Made by a program: the position numbers and the translations under genes
NCBI GenBank assembly: GCA_040954595.2
Contig: CM082596.2
Span: 8,445,124 to 8,509,123, forward strand
Length of the DNA: 64,000 nucleotides
DNA from: Balanoglossus misakiensis
Lineage: Eukaryota; Animalia; Hemichordata
Direction of reading: 5' to 3'
In this document: in pieces, positions 42,007 to 52,800 of the stretch
Numbering within the stretch: the first letter of the stretch is position 1
How the letters are laid out: each line of letters begins with the position of its first letter
Notes under the pieces: generated by a model
What the model was told of the DNA's origin: nothing
Databases searched by the model: none
The model's input: the letters and a program-made list of their open reading frames with translations, nothing else

Positions 42007-45000
42007 CTAGGATGCTTCAGCCTTTTGTTTCTTTCGCTTTGCAAACCATTCATCACTTTTGTCTTCTTCTATTGCCTGCGAAACAACAGAGGGAAGATGT
42101 AAATGGGCCAAGTCATACCAGTAGTGCCCAAGCAATATTTTCTGAGACTAACATGTCAACTTAAAGGGCAAGGATCGTCTTATGCGCATGTTCCAAAACC
42201 AGAGACTCTGGTTACAAATATTGTATACAGTCAAAGCCATAAAGGCAGTGTGCTGTCCCAACAACAGACAAGTTGGCGGCGACCATAGTCTGTGTCAGAG
42301 ATCAGGAAAATTGGGTGAAAAGAAGATACAAAACTAAAGTCTTCTTTATCAAGGCACATAAAATGTGGAAGGATGAGGTGATCATCAGCCTTTAAACAAC
42401 ATGTCATTCATAATCATTCACCCACAATCCAATGCAGCAGGATGATGAGTTTTCAAGTTTTTGCAGACAGTCATATTAAAGTTCCAAACACGACATCAAA
42501 AGTGAAAAAAAAATGACGTTGAGTACCTTGTTTAGAAGTTCATCTCCTTTGGCGTCAGTTTGAGACAATTCCCTGAATGCTTCGTCACCAACAAAGCAGA
42601 TCTCGTGGTTATCCTGAAACGAGATCGGTAGAACTGTACTTTCTGTATAGCACTCATCAATTTTTCTGCGTCTCAGAAAGTCTCGATCTCTCTCGCTGTC
42701 CTTTTTTCATTAATTCTGTTTGATACAAGACACTGTTTATGTTATTCTACATGTGGATATATAGTGAATCAACGTTCAACCACACACACCTTCCATCCCA
42801 CTTGCAGACACAAGAGTGAAAAACTCACCAAAATGAATAATCGGTGTTTACCATTTATTCATTTTGGCAAGATTTTTACTCTCATATCCTACAAACGACG
42901 CTTACCATGAGTGCGTGGTATCTTAACTGCTGTAACAAAAGAAATCATTTACTCACAACCACAGCAGGCTGCACTTATCACTATCATATACCTATAAACG
43001 AAAAACTTACAGGATCAACCAGAATAACAACCTCTACGGTAGCTTTTCCCGGCGTGTCTAAGCTCACCAGTGGTGTAATTATAGTTTGGTGGTTTTCTTT
43101 CATTGCACCTTCTATGGCAGGAAGCTGGCAAAATAATAATTCATGTATGACAATTATTACAGGGTTATACACAAAATACGGTCATGTACAGATGAATAAA
43201 GTGTTTTACAGTATAACTAGTACAGGCACCAAACCTAATCTCCCTCAATCGCCTCAAAACCACACAATAGTCTTACCTCACTTCTTGGACATGAAAATGC
43301 AATTCTTCCGAACGCCGTTCCGTGGTCCACTTTGTCACCTCCCAAATCATGCAATTCCAACTTACACTGACTCTCATTAAAACCCAGCACTGCATGTTTC
43401 TCTCTCTGTTCATAGACAGTCATTCCACAGAGTTTGGTCCAATAATCTGGGGAAAAAAAATAAAATTCCCGAGTTTGAAGTGATAATTCTATCACATAGG
43501 TTTGTATGGTTGCTGTTTTGCTACAGTGTCATGAACTTCAGAGTAGCATTAGTCTCGGTTACCCAGACCCCTCTGCTTCTCCCGCTGCGCTCCAGAAAAG
43601 GGTCTGGGGACATACCATAGAATGATTTGTAAAACAAAATGGCCACTGTCAGGATTTCGGACAGCCACTGATTGGCTGATCTGTCGGTATGACCTGGGTC
43701 ACTGCAACTCAACTATACTAAAATGGTGATGCAACATGTAGTCAGTGACTCTTGGCAATGTGTGAGTTGTTGTCTTGTCACATCAAGAGACCGGTACTTG
43801 CTGGTTGTTGTGGAAATTGAAAAAGACTAGAGTAGCATTAGTTGAACTTTTTATTTACACACCATATTGGGGAGATGGGTAAAGCCCTACATGATGTCAA
43901 ACACCTGCAACATGTTGAAGTTCAAAATCAACTTGTTGAAAATGACAGCCAGCATGTATCTGAGAAAAAGAAATCCAGGATTGTTTAGTCAGTAATCAAT
44001 AGAATGCACCAAAATAGAACCATAAAAGACAAAGAATCACTCACTTACCAACTGATTTTTGCAAGTCTGAACTGCCCAAAGAGACTTTCTTCACTGGATC
44101 TAAAACAAATGTGTATGAAAACAGTCATAAGAAACATACATACTACTGGTCGAGTTATTCTTGAAAAAAGTCTTCTTGTTTATCATTACTACACGTATAC
44201 GATTTTCACCATTGTCAAATTGTAGACTACACTGTTTATGTCAACTAGGACCAGATTTGGACAAAACATGTCCACACACACCAGGCTGGGACCAGAGTCG
44301 ACCACAAACCAACCCCATCAGACTGGGACCAAAATTGTCCGGACAATGGCCGGCCAGACCCGTTCACACCTGTTTATTTTTGGCTCGGCCACGGACCTTG
44401 CTAGGATAAGGTCCTAGCCTTTTTTGAGTAATGTGAACGGCCTATATATGAGCATGATATGAGGAGAGAACAAATTGTTCACACAGACCTCACAACAACT
44501 CTGCACTCATCAAACAAAACGGCTTATCGCATTCACTGACCTGTGGCCGGTTGTGGCTTGTCTAACAAAAAGAATTTGTATCCACCAGGAGCTTCCACCA
44601 CAAACTGTCCCGTCTCCACTTCTTCAATCGGCCACTGAATATTTCTGGCATTCTCTATGGCCTTGGTGGATTCAATGGTTATTCCCTGATGTGGCACAAA
44701 TACAGACAGACAGCATGAACAACTAAAGGCTAATCAAATAAATTGAACAGTGCAACAACCAAATACCTGGCGTGCTTTTACTATAAGTATCGTGTTGAGA
44801 AATGTACGGTCATTTTTAACGCTTTGACTCTATCATGTCATGTATTGCATTAACCAAAAATTAATTATCAGTCCATGGGTGTAACGAGAATGTTTCTAGT
44901 ATGTACATCTCCGGTGCACTATGATGTTCCCAAACCTTAGCAAAACAATGTGTTTCTTAGAAACTGTAGAAAACTGCCATTGTCAGTCGGTTTACATGTA

Positions 45001-47182
45001 CTTTGATTCAGCCTGAACACTAGTCTAGAATCCAGACTTTTGGTGTGTTTTTTTTTGCTATGCTCCACACATATGGGTTAGCATAGCGAAAAAAACAAAC
45101 AAGTCTGGATTCTAGACTACCTCACATGCTCAAACTGCAGAAAAACACAACACACTAATCAGCATATACTGTAAAACACTTTATTTTCGCGAGCAATAAA
45201 TTTTCGCGAAATACGCGAGAGCCAAAATAGCGTGAAAATAAAAATAGTGTAAATTTTTTTAAGATACTGATGGAGTGAATGAAATAAGAGAACGCAAAAA
45301 TTAATGCTCGCGAAACAGTGGCCTCTCTCGATATCGCGAAAATTTCAACTCGAAAAAATAAAGTGTTTTACAGTATTAAGGAACCAGTCTAGATTTCAGT
45401 ATTTAATTGTCACCTGACACAAAAGAGTGAACAACACAAAGATGAAACTTACCATAAAATCATTACCGAGTTTATAATGGCCAACCCCATAGTTATAAGT
45501 CAATTCCATGACAAAATGGTTGTCTTCATCACCATACCCTACCATGGTTTTACTCCATTTGCCATCATATGGTCTAAAAAATAAAACCACAATAAATATG
45601 CCTTCGTTCAATGAATTACCTGGTGACAGAACGTAAGCAAGGTTATGAATGATGTTGGGGAGAGTAGATTTCAGGTATGTATGTACTGGGGTATAGAAGT
45701 CTGATATGCATTGTACCATACTTGTGTATGTAAATTCGAGTACTGTAAAACACTTTATTCTTGCCAGCAATAAATGTTCGCGAAATACGCGAGAGCCAAA
45801 ATAGATTGAAAATAAAAAGTCTGTAAATTTTTTTTGAAGATAACGATGCAGTGAATGAAATAAGAGAACGCAAAAATTAGTACTCGCGAAACAGTGGCCT
45901 CTCACGATATCGCGAACAATTTCAACTCGCGAAAATAAAGTGTTTTACAGTATGCAGGGAACTACTAGGTGTATACAAGTCTAGATACTCAGAATTCAAT
46001 GTCCTTCTCTGTGTTTATACTATAGTATGCATTTTGAGATATACTTACATACTTCTAGATCTGCAATTCTGCTAGTCCAACAGACCAGTGACTATGCCAG
46101 TGCAAAATTGTATGATTGCTAACACAGAGTATGAAGGTTTGTCTGGATATTTTGATTTTAATAGCTTATATATGTTCAGTACATAGAATACTGTAAAACA
46201 CTTTATTTGCACGAGTTGACATTTTTGCGATATCGAGAGAGGCCACTGTTTCGCAAGTATTAATTTTCATGTTCTCTTATTTGATTCACTGCATCAATAT
46301 CTTCAAAAAAAATTTACACGACTTTTTATTTTCACGCTCTTTTGGCTTTCGCGAAAATTTATTGCTCGCGAAAATAAAGTGTTCTACAGTATGTGCTGTA
46401 CGTAGAATAACTCAGTACACACCCGTTGCATGTAGCTTTGCATCCTTCTTCAAACTCTTCATGCCTCAAGACCTAATGATAGCAAATCAAATCATTAAAT
46501 GAACACAAAAGTTGGTTTATAATCCGAGAATCCGATTCAAAGAAGCAGGTACTGGTATAACACATATATACCATGCTGCCATCAGCTGAGATAGTAAATC
46601 ATGAATAAACTTTTGCTATGAACATTTGTTTAATTTAACTAATTTTTTTACACAAAAAGTGTATTAATGATTTATGACAAGATATACCCGTCCTGGTACT
46701 TGGAAAAGAAGCCAATTTTGAAAGTTGAATATTTGTTTCATAATGGAAATCTTATAGGTATTAGGAATTCAGGTGTAATCCATAGATACCCTGAAACTTT
46801 CTGAATGGATAAAAATAGCACAGTTCAGTAATTCATGCACAATGTCATGATCTGAACATAAAACACCAGCATTCAGTGATTCATATTTTCATGTATATGT
46901 TTCAGGGTATCAGTGGAAAATAGCTAAATTTGCAATAAACCATAATGAAACAGTAGGTCCATATTTATTTATCTCCCCCCCCCCCCGTCTCTACCTGTCT
47001 GTGTCCATAGACCCCCCCCCCCCCCTCTACTGTCTATGCTGTGTCATTAAACCATTACATAACAGTGTCTGCTGGCAGAGGTGCAAGGACATTACCTTCA
47101 TGCCAAGTACTTCCCGATAAAACCTGGCAGTTTTCGTTCGATCGCCAACTTTGAACACAAAATGCAGGGCACGCCTCGACAT
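42007..47182 (-). CDS. GLOD4: Glyoxalase domain-containing protein 4, 9 exons
   Basis: Exons 47182-47096, 46472-46423, 45573-45453, 44685-44541, 44099-44049, 43446-43277, 43124-43011, 42613-42527, 42075-42007. Translation [107 protein letters not shown] matches GLOD4. Confidence 0.96.
45021..45119. mobile_element. ~100-bp palindromic MITE with TAG...CTA termini
   Basis: TAGTCTAGAATCCAGACTT...AAGTCTGGATTCTAGACTA with inner TTTTGCTATGCT / AGCATAGCGAAAA arms. Confidence 0.7.
45167..45375. mobile_element. MITE family A copy (reverse orientation)
   Basis: Family-A TIRs; GLOD4 intron 3. Confidence 0.9.
45741..45952. mobile_element. MITE family A copy (reverse orientation)
   Basis: Family-A TIRs; GLOD4 intron 2. 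Confidence 0.9.
46189..46391. mobile_element. MITE family A copy (forward orientation)
   Basis: Family-A TIRs; GLOD4 intron 2. Confidence 0.88.
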
Positions 47183-47489
47183 CGTGGAAAATCGTGGCTA
47201 AACAGTGGTGTACACTGGAAATAAGTGCAATGTCGGGAATATTACAAAACGACTGACTCTGACGCTCCCTACAACATGTACAACACATGAACTGCTGGAA
47301 CTGGAACCACTCACAGCGCCACCAGCGGTGGAAGAGGGCCAGGACACTGACCTTGAATGACACGGGGTCATATGACCTGCAGAGTTTCAGACTGCAAATG
47401 TTGTATCTTCCAAATGGAAACCTATCATTGATTATATCTTAGACCAGCTTGCCAATTTACAGGACAGTCTAGCGACAGAGAGCTGTAAG

Positions 47490-49814
47490 ATGGTTTCAAG
47501 AGAGAAAATTCCATACAATTCCGATATTATCCCAAATGGTAATGGTATTCAAGAAGAAAACTTCGGTGAAAGTGACGATCCAACAGCCAGTCTGTTGTCG
47601 ACGAGCTCAACAAGCAGACCAATAGTCAAACCAAAAGACAGGTAAATACTAGTGATTTATTGTAAATGACGAAAATCATATGAATGTCAAGTCTGTCGAT
47701 GTAGTTCAACCATCGCGAGGTGAAGTTTCACCGCGGTTCACTTGAGTGCACGACACCACTTCCGCATTTCAACAACTTAATATTTAAAGCCTTATCACTT
47801 CGCTCAAGGATATGCCTATTGTTATAGGATTGGGTCGAAGTTCTGGGTGGCGTGTCCATGGCGAAGCACGTGACTCGTTCATAGAGGGTGGGCGGGTGGG
47901 TTATAGTTTTCTTATCGGAAACCGCATAACTTTCCCTATCAATTCCGCCATATGTGTCCTTGACTCGGCCTGTTGCAAATGAGGGAGAAAGTCCGGCTGC
48001 ATTGTTACCTATTTATACCCCACAAATTTGCATATTGCGGATCCATATCACTCAGTGATGCGGCTTTGAATAACTTAATATTTAAAGCCTTATCACTTCG
48101 CTCAAGGATATGCCTATTGTTATAGGATTGGGTCGAAGTTCTGGGTGGCTCTCCTGGCGTGAACACCATGCCTCATACATACGTACCCGCCTCCTTAAAT
48201 CTGATATATCAGAACATATCATGCACATGCCCATTCCAAATCCTAACCCCCCATACCCCACACCCATTTCACAATTCTACTCCCCTATCCTACATACATG
48301 TACGCACACAAAAGAGATACACATGTATTTTGCCTGAAGACTTATTTATTGCATATGTCATTTCAACAATAGGTTACACAAGGAGAACGTCTGAAACCCT
48401 ACCTCTCTATCTTATTTGCTTATCGGAGAAAGGTAGTTTTCTGGACTCGCGCTACACAATGCGGATATACTAATTAATGACTACTGGGAAAGGCCTTAGA
48501 GAAGCCCACCAGGTCGTTCATATATTGATAAGCCTCTGCTTTCTGGTCTAAATTATCCACTATAGCCATTAAGCTATCTGCTATGGCTCCAACTTGAGTT
48601 ACTTTTGCTAGTTGCATATAATAGTTGGCTGTCTCTTCTGCCCGCCAACCCACATGGCTCATTAGCGCATGAAGGTCATTACCCTCCATAGCCAGGGAAA
48701 TAGCGCAAGCACTTCTGCAGCCATGAGGAGTTTCACCTGCATCTATCCCTACTTTTTGTAAGTAGGTTTTTAGTCGGGAATACGCCAATTGAGATGAGAA
48801 AGGTTTTTGATCCGTAGAGCCATGTGAATTGATTGGCCGGAAGAGATAACCCGTTGACAAATCGATTCCAACACTCTGCGCCAGCTTGAAATAAGCTTCG
48901 ACGGTGTTAACTGGACATACGAAGGGATCGGCGCATCGCTTAATTGCAAATACATTAGTAGACGAGCCTCTCAAGGTTTTTCCAAAAGTATGATTGAATA
49001 ATAATCCAGAGTTATCGGGAAAACGCATAATTTCCTGAGTCTTGACATGACCTAGGTCATGTGCCCTGTCCCCTGAAAAGGATAACATCTTAAAATATGC
49101 GAGATCCCTTGCCAATACGTACATGCGAGCTGGTGCGGTAGATGACACCATCTGATTAAGTATATGCTCAAAAACCAGCTTCAATTTATTTATAAAAAGG
49201 GGTGTGGCCTGTTTTGCTGTTATCATGGCTCTTGCTTGTTCTTCTGCTATTTTCTTTAAGTATCTAGCGACCAAAGGCGATTCTACCGGGTTAGGCCTAT
49301 CTAAACCGACCTGTGAGGAAAAGGCTTGATAGAATGTTTTCAATTTTGAAACCATATTCTTAGCTGTGGTAACACGAATTCTCTTAGGGCATTGGCATTG
49401 TTGATATCCAGGGAGACCTAAATAGGGACAGATTATTGCGTGTACTTGTGTTTTAGCATCCTTGTCCTTATAAATGAGAAACCGAACTATATCTTGTGCT
49501 GATGCCATCAATAATGATTTTGGTTCATCCAACCCTGTTAGGAAAGCTTCGAATTGTTGGATTAAACGATCCTTTTGTATGTCGTGTGCCGACCGATTAC
49601 CCAGCACTTCCTTCATTCTACTGTCGATGGCTTCAAGATTAAGTGTGCTACCACTATCATGGATGGGCTGCTGTGGCTGTAGGGGCACTTTTGTGCCACA
49701 CGCCTTGCATCGTTGGGAAGCACCATTGGTCGTACCACACATCCAACATGCTTGCTGTGTGAGGAAATGAACATTAATATAATTACCAAATCAAGAGGTT
49801 TTTCTTTTTCTTTT

Positions 49815-49878
<64 letters not shown>

Positions 49879-52800
49879 TTTTCCCTAAATTTAACACCTC
49901 AAGAAAGAAAAATGATTTTCCTTATTGTTGCTGTTATTCTGTTGTTGTCGTTATTTTTCGTCTTTTCTACTTCTCATATTGGGCTAAAATGTCATACATC
50001 CTGACTCGAGCGCAGTGTACACCCATTGTGTTCTCACTCATGACGTACCAATTTAACAGCGAACAGTGCACACGGAGCTCTACATGGCTTATACCCCTCT
50101 CGTGAGGGCGCTAGGATTACTCCCATGTCACCCTCCTCAGCCAGTTTTACGAATTTTGACGCTGACTGCCGGATCTCCGGCCAATACGAGGGGTAAGCGC
50201 AGCGTTTATGGACGATGATGGTAGCATTCAAATGCATTTGCCTAACGTGTTTAATGACGGCATGCGTGAGATGGAAAGGCGGATACACGTAAATTCTATC
50301 CCTTGGCGAGAAGTGATAGTGGAAAAAATTTACCCCAGCACTATCGGCCTGTGGAAATGGGGACACAAAACTCTCGAGTCTGGCGTTCGATGACGTGGCC
50401 ATAGCGTCAATAGAGTGGGGGCCACACTCCTTCTGCACTATAGCCCATGCTCTATCTGACAATTTCGCGTGGCACATGTCTAACTCTCTAGAGGCAAAAT
50501 CGGCTAGATTCTGGTGTGAGCGGACGTGAGCAATTGTTAGGCGGGTATTATGGGTAACACAGAAGTGGAAAATTTTCTTTAGCAATTCATTTAACTGCAC
50601 AGATTTAGATCCCGGGTACCCCTGGTTCCAGGCATGCACAAGGGTTAATGAGTCTGACAAAACGTCGAGACGAGAATTTGAAACTTCTTGGCTAAATGCC
50701 GTGAGGGCTCTACAAAGAGCTTCAGTTTCTTTATCGATAATCGACTTTTTTTGCCATTCCTCCTCCCAACCATCACTTACGGTAACTGCTTTTTCCGAAT
50801 GTGGCTGAAACACCGCCCCCCATTTATATGAACTGGCATCAGTGTACATTTTCAGTATAACGTGAGTTTCGTCTGGCCACCTAAAAGTCCCTGCTGTCTC
50901 GACAATTTCCAACCATTGGCTGAGTTCGCGTCTGAGAGGGCCTTTAATCTGAACAAGGCTTCGTGCTGACACTTGCGCACTGGCCAGTGCGCGAGCCATT
51001 CGTCGTATATACAGCCTAGCGCACGGAATCGCGAGGGAGAACGAGATACACTTTCCCATTATTTTTTGCAATTCTGTGACCAGGATTGCAGATCGTAATA
51101 AGGCGTATCTAACCAACTCTACAAAACGTGCCTTCTTTAAATCTGGTATACTGAAGGCCCGCTGGACGGAATCTACCGTCATACCCAGGAGGACCAAGGA
51201 TTGGACTGGCGAAAGTACACTTTTTTCCAGGGCTATAAAGTAACCTGCGTCAATACATAATTTTAACAAGATGTAGGCAGATGCTTCGGTCAGCTCGAGG
51301 CTCGTCCAGTGGCTCGCATTTAAGCGGAAGGCCCCTGCAATTCTCAAAGGCCCCCCATGCCTGTCATCTATATATTGCAAGCATGGAACACCGAGCATAC
51401 GCGCGTGACTAGTTATTGTGTACCCTAACGTATGATAAATGTATGCTGAAGATTTCCAACCAAACGGCAATGTGTTATTAACAAACCAGTATCCGGCCCA
51501 CTGGAAACCAAAATATGTGCGATCCTCCTCTCTGATAAACACATGATCATACCCACTTTTGTCATCTGATTTAAAATGATAATCATACTGGTTCAGATAA
51601 CGTGAAACTTCTATTAGTTTATCTAGTTTAAAGGGTTTATCTACCATCCACAGATTAAGGTACCTCATGTCGATACACATCCGGGGCTTTTTAGGCTCTA
51701 TTGTGATAGGCATCACAATATGCGGTGGAGGGTCAATTCCGACCAAACCTACAGCTGATATCGCCCCGGTTTTAATTTTTTCATTAATCGTACTTGATAT
51801 AAAATCTATAAATTGTTGACAAGCTGGGGCATTTGCAAAGACCTTTGCAGGAGGGGTAGGAGTGTCGTAGAAAACTCCCTTAAATGTTCCCTTAAACGGC
51901 TGAAAATATTCAGTCACGTTAGCCCCTTCCCTAATCCAATTCATAATTTGAGCCTGATTACTAGTGTCATGAGCCATTTGCCGCCATATCGCCTGGTGTC
52001 TGTGTACTTCCCCAGCTATGAAGTCGTGAGGGTTTCGGAACTGGAGGAGGCTGGGAGATGCCTTGCACAAACCGGCTGCCACTTCATGTGGGTCCGGGGA
52101 CTGAGCACTTCGGTCCTGTTGAGGGACTCCCTCAAGTGTTACCCATGCGTAAGTAGAACGTCTAACTGGCCAAAGTTCAGAAGAGAATTTTTCCCAGGGC
52201 TGTGGTACCCCCTGTAAGACAAATAACAAGGTATGTATGAGAAAAGAGATCAGCCCGAAACCTACCTACTTTTTTTGTTAAAGGGGGGAGAATAATAAAG
52301 CCGCTGCTAAAAGAAAGTTTTCTCTTTTTTTTTTTTTTTTTTTTTTTGGCTCGAGGGAATCCCTAGACAGGACCTCGCAAACGCAAGGTTGCAAAATGCA
52401 AAGGGCCACATGGGCCTTCCCTGTGTGCGGGATATAACGGTAATGCAAAAATGGCAAAGCATGCATGGAGAAATCGGGAACAGGGACAAGGGGGGAAAAG
52501 AAACACAATCTACAGTTATTCCTCTCGAACGAAATCTTTAATATAGGTACTCAAATGAATTACATATCAGTGTGTGAACCATGAAAAGAGCGTGCCACGC
52601 AAATCACAAAGTCCGTGTAATCTAAGACTTCTTTTTAGTAGGGCAAGCTCTGGCCATATGGCCAGCTTCTCCACATGCATAGCAGGTAATGTTATTAACA
52701 TTCCTTCTTTGTCGGTTGTATGGCTCATATCGTTGACTCTGGGGGTGACGCGGCGAGTGTCGCAAAAACTTGGTAACTTTCGCCGCGATCTCTTCCTCCT

